From an uncultured virus (IMG/VR IMGVR_UViG_3300010299_000003) (Duplodnaviria > Heunggongvirae > Uroviricota > Caudoviricetes), in the IMG/VR virus record IMGVR_UViG_3300010299_000003: a DNA stretch of 64,000 nucleotides; one strand, given 5' to 3'. The notes beneath the pieces were generated by a model, which did not search any database, had not been told where the DNA came from, and saw only the letters and a list, made by a program, of their open reading frames with translations. This document shows, piece after piece, positions 54,853 to 64,000 of this stretch. Both the position numbers and the translations under genes were made by a program. Positions within the stretch are counted from its first letter, which is position 1. The number at the start of each line of letters is the position of its first letter.

Positions 54853-56331
54853 TTATGAAAATAAATTTACCTTAAATAATTTGTACTTGAACTTCTCTTC
54901 GTCATATATTTTAACTCTTTCTAGAAAATGTTTAACTGCAAAATTTTTATGCGATTTGTCAGTCATATCATCTACTATATCATATAGTTTTGCTTTATTT
55001 GAGTTGTCTCCAATTCTTAATGTTCTTCCTATTGATTGTAGAGTTTTTATTCTTGATTTTGTTGGAGATGCAAATATAATATTCTCTAAATTTTTAATAT
55101 TAATTCCTGTACTAAAAACTCCACTCGATGCAACTATGATAGCATTTTTTTCCTTTTCTGTTATACTTCGTACTTCTTCTCTAGATTCAGCATCTGTTTC
55201 ACCCGATACAAAAAATACTTTTCTCTTTGGATCTGTTTTATCAACTTTTTCTTTTATTAATTCGTATAAAATTTTTCCATGCTTTTCTACAAATTGAAAT
55301 ATCACTAAACAATTTGATTCCGTTTTTATTGCTAAATTTTTTATGAAATTATTTCTTCTTTCATTTTGTATTAGAAATTTCATTTCATCTTGATATGAAT
55401 CTTTTTTATGAAGTTTAATAACATTTTTGTCATATTTTAATACAATACAGTCTATACTTAATTCAGCTAAATGTTTTTTATCCATCAACTCTTTTGTGCT
55501 AGTAACTGAAAACTTTGTACCGAAAAGTCCCTCTAAAACTAACTTATTCACTTGAGTTCCATCTAGTGTTCCAGTTGTTCCAAAACGATATTTTGTTTTA
55601 TCCAACTTTTCCATTATGCTAGTTAATGATTTTGCTTTAAATAGGTGAACTTCATCTCCTATTACAACATCAAACTGCTCAAACCATTTTCTAGATAATT
55701 TATAAATTGACTGCCATGTAGATATTACAACATTACTATCTGTTATTTTTTCTTTTCCACTATAAATTGGATGACAAACTTTATCTACATGGTATTGTGG
55801 CTGATTCTTTGCATACTCTTTAAAGTCAGAAAACATTTGAGACACAAGAGATATTGTAGGTACAATAATTAATGTTTTTTTGTTGTAATATCTTGTCAAA
55901 GAGTATATTATTAAACTTTTGCCAGAACCAGTGGGAGATACTAATAATGACCTATTATTTTTTATTGCATTATGTATTGCTTTTATTTGATATTCTCTTG
56001 CTTCAAATGGTAGTTCTAATGTCTTTAAAAAATCTTCACAATCTTTTTCTGAAAAAGAATTTTTTTCCAAAAGCTGTGGTTCTATTTCTAAATGGTATTG
56101 TCTCGATTCGCAGAATTTTTGTATATATGGTAAAAGACCATAATATATATGACCATTCATCATATTATATAAACGCACGAAGCCATCCCATATTCTCATT
56201 TTATATGCTGGCATGAATTGATAGCCCGGCACTTTAAACTTAAAGAAGTCGGAAAGTTCTCTATGTATTGATGAAGATGTATCTACACTGATATAAACTT
56301 CATTATGTTTTTTTACAACAATTTTTTCCAT
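54853..56331 (-). CDS. uvsW: SF2 DNA helicase UvsW
   Basis: REYQ, SPTGSGKS, DEVH, GTTGT, STGINI, QSIGR.LR. Start set at the ATG at 56331. Confidence 0.96.
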   Translation of the reverse strand: MEKIVVKKHNEVYISVDTSSSIHRELSDFFKFKVPGYQFMPAYKMRIWDGFVRLYNMMNGHIYYGLLPYIQKFCESRQYHLEIEPQLLEKNSFSEKDCEDFLKTLELPFEAREYQIKAIHNAIKNNRSLLVSPTGSGKSLIIYSLTRYYNKKTLIIVPTISLVSQMFSDFKEYAKNQPQYHVDKVCHPIYSGKEKITDSNVVISTWQSIYKLSRKWFEQFDVVIGDEVHLFKAKSLTSIMEKLDKTKYRFGTTGTLDGTQVNKLVLEGLFGTKFSVTSTKELMDKKHLAELSIDCIVLKYDKNVIKLHKKDSYQDEMKFLIQNERRNNFIKNLAIKTESNCLVIFQFVEKHGKILYELIKEKVDKTDPKRKVFFVSGETDAESREEVRSITEKEKNAIIVASSGVFSTGINIKNLENIIFASPTKSRIKTLQSIGRTLRIGDNSNKAKLYDIVDDMTDKSHKNFAVKHFLERVKIYDEEKFKYKLFKVNLFS

Positions 56332-56335
56332 TAAC

Positions 56336-56378
56336 AAATATCCACTTATGGAATGTGTTCATATTGTGGATATTTATA
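56336..56378 (-). promoter_or_regulatory. Late promoter TATAAATA overlapping a hairpin that would sequester the uvsW ribosome-binding site
   Basis: Perfect 10-bp arms at 56366-56375 and 56336-56345; promoter at 56371-56378. Confidence 0.7.
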
Positions 56379-56410
56379 TTGATAAAAATAGTAGTTTTTG
56401 GATGAACTAA

Positions 56411-56842
56411 CTAGTTACCACTAGTAAATTTAATGAAGTCTACAGCATTTTTTATTAAGAAGCCACGAGTATTTAATGTTTTTATTATACTTTCTAATAA
56501 ATCTACTTTTTCTCTTTGAACTTGTAGCTTCAATAATCTATCTGAAATATCTGCATCGGAATCTATATACACTTGAAGATCATTTTTTAAAAGAAATTGA
56601 AATGGTTCCCATCCATGTTCTTGTAGTTCTTCTTGTGACATTTTTCCAGTATAATATTCATATTTTACTTTATAGTATTGCTTATACTCTTGCTCTTCAG
56701 ATTTTAACTGAACCTTTTCTCTTAAATATATTTTATAATATTTGCTATGTAAATTTGGTATTTTTAGACTTTCGTTATCTAAATCAGTTCTATCTATTTT
56801 TGAATCTTGCTCCCAGAGAGCTTCAATTTCTTCTAATTTCAT
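56411..56842 (-). CDS. uvsY: Recombination mediator UvsY
   Basis: W..DSKID, IPNLHSKY, YYTGK, RGFLIKNAVDF.KF..G. Confidence 0.94.
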   Translation of the reverse strand: MKLEEIEALWEQDSKIDRTDLDNESLKIPNLHSKYYKIYLREKVQLKSEEQEYKQYYKVKYEYYTGKMSQEELQEHGWEPFQFLLKNDLQVYIDSDADISDRLLKLQVQREKVDLLESIIKTLNTRGFLIKNAVDFIKFTSGN

Positions 56843-56844
56843 AA

Positions 56845-57123
56845 TTAAACCACTTGATATGCATACCAGCTACTAAAGCTAGTTCCATTTAACGCATAAT
56901 CATCATACAACAAATCTTCATGTCTTGTAAACTTATTAATATAATTAACTGTTAGTATTCCTATATATGAACTGTATAATTCTTGTGGAATATTTTCTAC
57001 AACTTCAGCAAATAAAATCTCATTAGTATATGGAAATGTGATCATTAAATGATCACCCTTTTTAAGTTTAAACACCCAATCTGGTATATCGTTAATCATC
57101 TTTTTTATTTGAATTTTGTGCAA
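56845..57123 (-). CDS. Hypothetical protein
   Basis: ORF in operon; true start probably downstream (MINDIP). Confidence 0.55.
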   Translation of the reverse strand: MHKIQIKKMINDIPDWVFKLKKGDHLMITFPYTNEILFAEVVENIPQELYSSYIGILTVNYINKFTRHEDLLYDDYALNGTSFSSWYAYQVV

Positions 57124-57448
57124 TCCATTCTAAAAAGTTTGGGTTATCTTTAAATACGGTATGTAATCCATTTGCTAATTTTCTCACAACACTTTCTTCA
57201 TCTTTCATATTTTTAAATGGTATATCATACATATATACAATGCCATGTATTACTTCATGTAGTATTGTATTAACTAATTCATCTTTTTTCAAGTTATTAT
57301 TGTATTGTATTTTAGCATTTTCTGGCTCACACATTCCATATGCTTTATTTCTAATGCCCCAATGTTTGGATCTTGGTATTATTTTAAAATTTGAATAACC
57401 TATTTTTATTCTTTTTGGTATTTTTCTTGTTACTTTATTCTTTGACAT
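57092..57448 (-). CDS. Small zincin-like metallopeptidase-domain protein
   Basis: YGMC..I..TILHEVIHG..EE..V..LANGL..VFKDNP. Confidence 0.75.
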   Translation of the reverse strand: MSKNKVTRKIPKRIKIGYSNFKIIPRSKHWGIRNKAYGMCEPENAKIQYNNNLKKDELVNTILHEVIHGIVYMYDIPFKNMKDEESVVRKLANGLHTVFKDNPNFLEWIAQNSNKKDD

Positions 57449-57461
57449 TTACAATCTCCTA

Positions 57462-58019
57462 TTATAGTTTTTCAACTGTATAGTAATCATATTTAAAAGT
57501 TACTGATGCTGTAGCATATAAAACGTCGCTCTCTCTAGTGTCAAAAGATAGCTCACCTAAAGATATTGGGTGCATATCTATAAAAGAAATTTTTAATACA
57601 GGCTCATTTTGACTTGAGTTTATTATTAATGTTCCTTGACCATAAATTAAACCATGAGTTCTTTGTGGTATTACTTTTAATGGAAGATCTCCATTTAAAT
57701 CTGGTATTGTTCCACTTTTTAATTTTCCATATTGATCTATATTTTCTGGAAAACCTATGCCCTGCATCCAAGAAAATATTTCATACCAGTTATACATACC
57801 CTCATTAACTTTAAAATCTATAGAAAGATCACCAAATCCAAGATGATCTCCAGTATAAGCAATTTGTGAAAATGGTGTAGCACCACCATTATTTGCAAGC
57901 CCTATACTTAAATCAGGAACATTTATTTTTTGTACAAAATAATTAAAGTCAGTTAGTTTGTCTACTGCAAACTCAAAATTTAATGGTGGTTGAAAATTTC
58001 TGGTATCTACTGTTGCCAT
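57462..58019 (-). CDS. gp3: Tail tube terminator/completion protein gp3
   Basis: NF.P..F.F, Q..NVP, F.V.E...NW.EI..W, P.SL..L.F, ATASVTFKY; position after gene 23. Confidence 0.85.
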   Translation of the reverse strand: MATVDTRNFQPPLNFEFAVDKLTDFNYFVQKINVPDLSIGLANNGGATPFSQIAYTGDHLGFGDLSIDFKVNEGMYNWYEIFSWMQGIGFPENIDQYGKLKSGTIPDLNGDLPLKVIPQRTHGLIYGQGTLIINSSQNEPVLKISFIDMHPISLGELSFDTRESDVLYATASVTFKYDYYTVEKL

Positions 58020-58144
58020 TTGATTTATTATGTGATATTATTATAGTGCATATATTTATGATATACACATAATACAAACTCTGTCAAGAAAAATATATTT
58101 TATAAAAAAAGATAATAATAAAAATAACTTACAATTTTAACTAT

Positions 58145-58176
58145 AAAAAAAGGGAACCATAAAGGCTCCCTTTTTT
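58145..58176 (-). terminator. Intrinsic (likely bidirectional) terminator after gene 23
   Basis: aaaaaaagggaacc-ataaa-ggctccctttttt. Confidence 0.85.
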
Positions 58177-58202
58177 ATTTGATATATTATACTACTTCAG
58201 AA

Positions 58203-59498
58203 TTAGAGTAAGTTAGTAATCTTAACCTTTCTGTAGTAGTTATTAGCACCATCTTTCAGACCAGCACCTTGAGTAACAGATGCAGTCGAGAATGGATTTG
58301 CTACTAGACCATAACGAGTCTTAAATCCAATTTTTGGTTGGAAAGAATCTTGGTCAGTTGCACGAACCATTTGTAGAGGTACATAAGGACAGTAGAATAG
58401 TCCAGCATCATATTGATTTGCACCCTTGAAGCCTAAAACCATAAAGTGGCTTCCAAGTGGAGCAAATGGATCGATGTAAACTTTGAAACGTCCATTTAAT
58501 ACACCAACAAAAGTGTTTCCAGTATCATCTACTGAGAGAGAGTCTTTGAGAGCAGAACCACAATCAAGAAGTCCAGCTACACTCAAAGCACTTGCCGTAT
58601 CACTATCGCAGATGAGAATGTTTCCACGTCCTCTACGAGTAGTCTTAGCAATCGCATTTGCTTCTCTTTCAATTTGAACCATCAACCCCTTGTACTTTTC
58701 AACAGACCAACGACCGTTTGAATCAACGTCTAGGTCAAAAGTTCCAGGAGTAGCAGTTGTCGTAGCACCTGTAACAGCACTTTGATAGATGGTACGAACT
58801 ACTTCACGATTGATTTCTGCTAAAATTTCAGCAGAAAGAATGTTTGCTAGTTCAGTTTCTGCATCAAGACCATGAACAGCTTTAAGGTCTTGTGCTAGTT
58901 CCATTGAGTATTCAGCTTTCAAAGCACGAGTCTTAGCTTCTACAGAAACCTTCTCGATACTGAATGCCATTTCTTGAAATACTCCACCAGCAGGAGCTGA
59001 AGTTGTCCCCAATGCTTCTCCAGCAGTTGTTCCCAATCCAGTACCTGAACTTAAAGCCGCATCAAATGGATCAGCACCACCAGCATGTGATCCTGTACCA
59101 GAATGAGATGTAAGAGCTTCGTCGTGTAGTGCTTCAGTTCCTCCTTGAGTCGAATACTTACTCTTCATAGCAAATATGAGTCCAGTTGGAGCTTTCATAG
59201 GTTGAACTCCACAAACATCAAACGCCATCAAATTTGGTAGCGCACGACGAAGTAGAGAAATCAAAACTGGATCATAACCAGCCATATTTGCATTAGTATG
59301 ACTTGTGCTAGGTGTTGCTAGACCAGAGTTTGCTGGAGCAGCCTCAGTAATCGTCATACTAGATTTCTTTGCTTCATTTACTTGATTTTCAAGAAGAACA
59401 GTTAATACTGCCCTTTTGTGTGCATCACGAACTTCTGGTAAATCAGGATGATTTAACACCTTTTCCCATTTGTTTTGTAGTTCTTCAGTAAGGTACAT
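58203..59498 (-). CDS. gp23: Major capsid protein gp23
   Basis: LLENQ, ITE|A maturation site, DPVLISL.RR, VQPM..PTGLIFAM, RALKAEY, EINRE, YCPYVPL, FQPKIGFKTRYG. Confidence 0.98.
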   Translation of the reverse strand: MYLTEELQNKWEKVLNHPDLPEVRDAHKRAVLTVLLENQVNEAKKSSMTITEAAPANSGLATPSTSHTNANMAGYDPVLISLLRRALPNLMAFDVCGVQPMKAPTGLIFAMKSKYSTQGGTEALHDEALTSHSGTGSHAGGADPFDAALSSGTGLGTTAGEALGTTSAPAGGVFQEMAFSIEKVSVEAKTRALKAEYSMELAQDLKAVHGLDAETELANILSAEILAEINREVVRTIYQSAVTGATTTATPGTFDLDVDSNGRWSVEKYKGLMVQIEREANAIAKTTRRGRGNILICDSDTASALSVAGLLDCGSALKDSLSVDDTGNTFVGVLNGRFKVYIDPFAPLGSHFMVLGFKGANQYDAGLFYCPYVPLQMVRATDQDSFQPKIGFKTRYGLVANPFSTASVTQGAGLKDGANNYYRKVKITNLL

Positions 59499-59558
59499 CT
59501 TTTATTCTCCTTTATTATAGTTTTGAAACCATTCTTCTCTAAGACATATTTATTATTT

Positions 59559-60713
59559 TTATTTTTTCACCATTCTAGAAATAGCTTGTGCATATAAATC
59601 TACTTCAGTAGTAATTTTCTGAGTATCTTCAACATGTTCCAAACCACCTTCACTCAATAAATCAGCATCAATGTCTCTAGAGCCTCTTGTTGGTGTATTA
59701 GGAAAATAAGTTTCCTTAATTACAGTTAGCTTTTGACTAAATGATGCACTATCATTAAATGATACCCCTTCACAGAGTTCATTAAATTTAGAAGCCTCAC
59801 TTTCAGTTAAACCTTCAGTGAGTTTCTTGATAATTACAGACTTCTTGAGATTTTTATTTTCTTTACGAAGTTCTACAGATTTATGCAGTTCATCGTTAAG
59901 TTCTTTCTCAAGAGTTTTGATTTTTTCTTCTTGTTCAGCAAGTATATCTACTTTCTCAACAGGAACTTCAATATAGTGACTTTCAAAAAGTGTTTTAAGT
60001 CCATTGATAAAATCTTCTGTTACCTCTGAACGAAGTGAACTTTCAATAGCCACTGCATTTTCTTTCATCCACTCTTCTACAACATAATCTAGGTATCCAT
60101 CAATTTTGTTTACAAGAGTTTCAGAAACTTGTTGTTTAGTTGATTCTAATTTTCTATTATATGATTCAACTAACTTTTTATTTTGAGCATCAGATCTTCT
60201 TTTAGAAGTTCTTTTTACAGCAGATTCAAATATAGAAGAAACTTTTGTTTTAAAAGATTCTGGCAATTCTTCATCTTTAGTTAAAGCATCTGTTGCTTCT
60301 TTAACTTCTTCTTCAGTTTCTTCTTCTATTTTTTCCTCTTCTTCTTTAGATAACTTTAATTCCTCTTCAGAAATTTTTTCGTCTTCCTCTTCTTCTACTT
60401 CCTCTTCTTCTTTTTTACAGCTAGATTCTTCTACTTCTTCTTCTTCCTCTACTTCTTCTTCCTCTTCTAAATTTTTACCTTCTTTAACAACTCCATCACC
60501 ACCCATTTCATCATTAACCTTAGGGCCGTCAACTTCAGGCTTCGCTACTTTAGAAACTTTTGCAGCCTTTTCTTCATCATCTGGAATTTCTTCACTTGCA
60601 TCAGAAGCATGTGTTGGAATGTCAGATTCTAGATTCTCTGCTACTTCCAATTCTTTCTTTTCCATTTCAGCACTCTCGCTAATATCTCTCAAAAATCTTG
60701 ATGTAATTGCCAT
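59559..60713 (-). CDS. gp22: Prohead core scaffold gp22
   Basis: FK.K...IFESAV, YLDYVVEEWM.EN..AIE, FI.GLK.LF..HYI; Glu-rich N-terminal half. Confidence 0.93.
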   Translation of the reverse strand: MAITSRFLRDISESAEMEKKELEVAENLESDIPTHASDASEEIPDDEEKAAKVSKVAKPEVDGPKVNDEMGGDGVVKEGKNLEEEEEVEEEEEVEESSCKKEEEEVEEEEDEKISEEELKLSKEEEEKIEEETEEEVKEATDALTKDEELPESFKTKVSSIFESAVKRTSKRRSDAQNKKLVESYNRKLESTKQQVSETLVNKIDGYLDYVVEEWMKENAVAIESSLRSEVTEDFINGLKTLFESHYIEVPVEKVDILAEQEEKIKTLEKELNDELHKSVELRKENKNLKKSVIIKKLTEGLTESEASKFNELCEGVSFNDSASFSQKLTVIKETYFPNTPTRGSRDIDADLLSEGGLEHVEDTQKITTEVDLYAQAISRMVKK

Positions 60714-60761
60714 TTTTAATAATCTCCTGATATTTTTTTATTATATAAAATAAGGCATCTT

Positions 60762-60769
60762 TATTTATA
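60762..60769 (-). promoter_or_regulatory. Late promoter TATAAATA for 22-23
   Basis: Exact consensus, intergenic. Confidence 0.7.
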
Positions 60770-60774
60770 TAATT

Positions 60775-61125
60775 TTAATCTTCTCTTACTCTAACAAATA
60801 TTTCTTGTTCTATTTTGGATGAATTATCAAATGTAACCAATAGGGTAATTTGATAATCATAGTTATCTTCACCACCAACCGCTACCACCCTTACAGATGT
60901 TTTGTTTGGATCTAGTATTTCTGGCTCGGTCGATAGTAAAAAACTGTCTACTTGCTCAATATCATTAGGATATTTTCTTCTCCATCTTTTTGCAGATGCT
61001 TGAGTTGCTACTATTTCTGTAGCACCTCTAGGTAACACATGAAGTTTACTGAAACTCACATCTATAGGCAACACCTCACTTGGTTGTTTTATATGTGTTA
61101 TTAAATGTGATAATCCAATATTCAT
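60775..61125 (-). CDS. Putative virion adaptor (Ig-like beta protein)
   Basis: KQPSEVL..DVSF...V.GG.D..DY.IT..VT.....E.E..V.V pattern of phage fibre-adaptor-like proteins. Confidence 0.6.
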   Translation of the reverse strand: MNIGLSHLITHIKQPSEVLPIDVSFSKLHVLPRGATEIVATQASAKRWRRKYPNDIEQVDSFLLSTEPEILDPNKTSVRVVAVGGEDNYDYQITLLVTFDNSSKIEQEIFVRVRED

Positions 61126-61131
61126 ATTTTT

Positions 61132-61560
61132 TTACAATTTAAAAATTATATCATCAGTTCCTGCCCAATCAATTTGAATATCAGATCCTGTAGTGGTTAA
61201 TCCACCATTTTGACCTGTTATGCCATCAGCAGTATCTATATGTGCAATTAAAATAGTTTGATTTTCAGTATCAGTTGGATTTTGTTTTACTATTACCATC
61301 GATTTAACAACTTTATTTGCATCAACACCAGTAAAAGTAGTATTAGATGCACTAGCAGAACCAGATGTTATTCCTTTATTTGTTAAAGCATCTGATGTTG
61401 CAATTCTACTTGTCTGTGCAATATCTGTTAAATTTGTGTGGTTAGACTTGTCTGCAATATAATCACTTGTTAGTAACAAAACTTTAAATGTATCTCTTGA
61501 CCAAGAAATATCACCATTCAAAAATTTTTCTCTTGCATTATCATATAAAAAATTAGCCAT
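61132..61560 (-). CDS. Putative virion structural protein
   Basis: MAN.LY......L.G.I.W..DT.KV.LL...Y....H...LIA.ID.....G.DI.I.W....IF.L. Confidence 0.7.
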   Translation of the reverse strand: MANFLYDNAREKFLNGDISWSRDTFKVLLLTSDYIADKSNHTNLTDIAQTSRIATSDALTNKGITSGSASASNTTFTGVDANKVVKSMVIVKQNPTDTENQTILIAHIDTADGITGQNGGLTTTGSDIQIDWAGTDDIIFKL

Positions 61561-61580
61561 AAAAAACTCACATGAAATTA

Positions 61581-62240
61581 TTATTTGTTTTCCAATTTTT
61601 TTATAAAATGCTCAAATGCTTTTATACTAACTTCTTTTATTCTTTTTTGTGGAGCATTTTTTATACTTCTTTTAATTCTTTCCAATTCTCTTTCTCTTAA
61701 TATTCCATTTTCCCAAACCCATTCACGACCTTCCATTATACCATTTACAAACGCATCTGGAGCAGAGGGATCTGCAACAATATCTGCCGCAGTAGCAAGA
61801 TAAAAATCATCTTGAACTATTTGAACATCTCTACCTTCTGTTTTTATTGATCCCATACCTCTAGATGAAACACCAAGTCTTGCACCTTCATCAATCAGTG
61901 CTTTAACTATATTTCCATTTGGTGTATTTAATATTTTAGCTTTTCCAATAAAATCAGATCCATCTTGTCTAAGTTCCGTTATCATATGAGAAACTCTATC
62001 TAGATTTATTGTGGGCCCTTCAGGATGTCCGAGTTCACCAAAGGCTCTTTTTTTATCTACATATTCTTTAACATATCTATCAATTTCACTTTTAAGCATT
62101 TGCTCTGGATACATTCTTCCATTTCTGTTTTTAATTTCAGACTGCATGAAAACTCCTTCTATATAATAGTTCTTAGAAGAGTCTTCTTTTCCTTCTTTTA
62201 TAACTTTAATTTCTTCGGTTACTTCGCAAATGAGTTTCAT
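61581..62240 (-). CDS. gp21: Prohead protease gp21
   Basis: NRNGRMY, GELGHP, RVSH, TPNG, GVSSRGMGS, DIVADPSAPDA. Confidence 0.97.
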   Translation of the reverse strand: MKLICEVTEEIKVIKEGKEDSSKNYYIEGVFMQSEIKNRNGRMYPEQMLKSEIDRYVKEYVDKKRAFGELGHPEGPTINLDRVSHMITELRQDGSDFIGKAKILNTPNGNIVKALIDEGARLGVSSRGMGSIKTEGRDVQIVQDDFYLATAADIVADPSAPDAFVNGIMEGREWVWENGILRERELERIKRSIKNAPQKRIKEVSIKAFEHFIKKLENK

Positions 62241-62241
62241 T

Positions 62242-62409
62242 TTAGCTCTCTTTGTTTATTAAATTTCTAGCAATTTCTTCTTTTCTTTCTTTTATCTTAG
62301 ATTTAACTTTTTGAAATAAAACTTTTTTTATACCACTTTTCAATCCAGAAACATTATCACTAAGTAATTCTTTCAATGATTTTCTAATTAATTCTTTATT
62401 ATTTGACAT
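62242..62409 (-). CDS. Small prohead core protein (gp67-like; 55 aa; not in ORF track)
   Basis: AGGAG SD; MSNNKELIRK...KEEIARNLINKES*; sits between genes 20 and 21. Confidence 0.75.
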   Translation of the reverse strand: MSNNKELIRKSLKELLSDNVSGLKSGIKKVLFQKVKSKIKERKEEIARNLINKES

Positions 62410-62434
62410 TGTATTTCTCCTAAAATATATATTT

Positions 62435-62442
62435 TATTTATA
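62435..62442 (-). promoter_or_regulatory. Late promoter TATAAATA
   Basis: Exact consensus just after the gene 20 stop. Confidence 0.7.
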
Positions 62443-62445
62443 CTT

Positions 62446-64000
62446 TTAAATATATTCATCACTATCAAATGAATCCAAGTCTATAGGACTATCATTTGAA
62501 GAAGTTTTATTCAACTCACCTTGCTCATCATTATTGTTTTGTGACATAAATGAATCTTCATCTCCAGATGTTTCATCTTGATTTGATTTCTCAGATTTTA
62601 TTTCAGAGTCTATCTTTTTTATTTCCTCTTCAGTATGCATTAAAACATTTTTTCTTATCCAAGAATCCGAAAAATATCTACCTGAATATGATTCAATAGA
62701 TTGTAATATATTTAATCTATTTTGTAGAATTTCACTTTCTTTCAATTCTGCATAATGATTATCAATGTTAAAATCAAATTTTATTTTATTTTTAATATCT
62801 AGCCACTCATCTTTAGATAAAATATTTTTTAAAACTAATTGTTTTTGCAATATTTCATCAAATAAGTGACTAAATCTCAATCTAATTCTATGAATAAATT
62901 TTGAAAATTTAACTTCATCTCTAGTAATTTCTGCGGCTCTTCCAACTTGAAATCCTTGCTGTGCTTCCATTCTAGATATTGGAACATTTAATGCTTTATA
63001 AACTTTCTTTTGAAAATACTCTACATCTGCAAGTTCACTTAAATTTTCTCCTCCAGGCAAGGTATCTATAGAAGTGCCTTGAGAACCCTCTCTTCTAGGC
63101 AACCAATAATCTTCCAACATTGACATAAATCTTTGTTCATTTTTAATTTCACCAGTTTCAATATTGTATTGAAGTTTATTTCTATATCTTGTCATTATGC
63201 TTCTTAGATAATCTTCAGCTTTTGATTTTGGCAGATTACCAACATCTACATAAAATATTCTTCTTTCTGGTGCTCTGGCAATACGGTATATTACAAGAGC
63301 ATCTTCCATCATTTTTAATTGATTTATTGGCTTTATTGCTTTATGAAGATGAGATAAAATAGATGCGGAATACTTATCTACTATTCCAGAATGAACATAA
63401 CAGATACTATCTGTTGTTATTTTAACCCCACCTACAGTAGACACTGCACTGTAAGAATTTGGGGCGTTAAATTGCATACCTCTAGTATTATATGTAAAAT
63501 ACTCATTTGTTACTTTTAATAAATTTGCTCCAGTTGCAGTGTCAATTTCTCTTTTTACTTCTCTTACTTTTCTTATTTGTCTGGGATCTATGTACCTAAG
63601 TTCTAAAATTCCTTTTTTCTTATTATTTTTATCTAATATTAAATGATAATATAATCTACCATCAATATACCACTTTCTAGCAATCTCATATGCTTGATTA
63701 TTCCAATCTAGTAGAGTTAATATATTTTGAAATTCTTCTTCTATTTTTAATTTTATAGATTTTGCTAATTTGACATCATCTAAATTGATTTTTACTGGAT
63801 CTTTATGACCATCCATAACAATCATTTCATTTATAACATCATCTATTGCAGAGTCTACATCTGGTAGAAGTGAAAGTTCTCTATATCTTGTTATTAATTC
63901 AAATTCATTTTTTACAGTGCCGTCAAAATCAATATATGCACCATAAGCACCAGCAAGACCTTCTACATTTATTGCACCATCTTGATTTTCGGGTAAAACA
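62446..64000 (-). CDS. gp20: Portal vertex protein gp20 (5' end beyond the window)
   Basis: WYIDGR, LHKAIKP.NQL.MMEDALVIYR..RAPERRIFYVDVGNLP, EDYWLPRREG, ITRDE. Frame stays open to the window edge. Confidence 0.97.
   Translation of the reverse strand, partial: VLPENQDGAINVEGLAGAYGAYIDFDGTVKNEFELITRYRELSLLPDVDSAIDDVINEMIVMDGHKDPVKINLDDVKLAKSIKLKIEEEFQNILTLLDWNNQAYEIARKWYIDGRLYYHLILDKNNKKKGILELRYIDPRQIRKVREVKREIDTATGANLLKVTNEYFTYNTRGMQFNAPNSYSAVSTVGGVKITTDSICYVHSGIVDKYSASILSHLHKAIKPINQLKMMEDALVIYRIARAPERRIFYVDVGNLPKSKAEDYLRSIMTRYRNKLQYNIETGEIKNEQRFMSMLEDYWLPRREGSQGTSIDTLPGGENLSELADVEYFQKKVYKALNVPISRMEAQQGFQVGRAAEITRDEVKFSKFIHRIRLRFSHLFDEILQKQLVLKNILSKDEWLDIKNKIKFDFNIDNHYAELKESEILQNRLNILQSIESYSGRYFSDSWIRKNVLMHTEEEIKKIDSEIKSEKSNQDETSGDEDSFMSQNNNDEQGELNKTSSNDSPIDLDSFDSDEYI

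Noticed and set aside
60290..60480. GAA-rich repeats in gene 22
   Set aside because: They simply encode the Glu-rich scaffold region.
199..62270. Many short opposite-strand or alternate-frame ORFs in the track (e.g. 199..570, 9302..9742, 43574..44005, 54752..55297)
   Set aside because: They lie within well-supported genes, lack SD sites and have the F/L/S/I-rich composition of antisense shadows.
1..64000. CRISPR array, tRNA, rRNA, transposase, integrase or homing endonuclease
   Set aside because: No repeat-spacer periodicity, cloverleaf or relevant catalytic motifs found by eye. A tRNAscan/Infernal run would be needed to exclude them fully.

Overview
This window is 64 kb of a very AT-rich, large T4-like myophage genome. 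Almost all genes are on the minus strand, in the order typical of environmental T4-like phages: portal 20, 21, 22, 23, 3, uvsY, uvsW, 55, 47, 46, vWA/AAA pair, 45, 44, 62, regA, 43, uvsX, 41, 61, rnh, 33, 59, 32. One large plus-strand tail/baseplate protein with a GH19-type lytic domain converges on gene 32. No tRNA, rRNA, CRISPR array, intron, intein or transposase was seen. Main points of interest: (1) a late-promoter block of enzymes that carry T4-style capsid-targeting peptides, one apparently moved to the C-terminus, suggesting a virion-packaged and injected enzyme kit; (2) a large SPPY methyltransferase-like protein, a PLP enzyme and a dATP/dGTP diphosphohydrolase, which together suggest DNA hypermodification; (3) an intein-less split DNA polymerase with a dCMP deaminase gene between the halves; (4) a methyltransferase cassette flanked by a perfect 45-bp duplication of the uvsX start; (5) a candidate ~200-nt structured ncRNA with its own promoter and terminator; (6) a hairpin overlapping a late promoter that could gate uvsW translation. 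All functional calls come from motif recognition by eye; no database searches were run.
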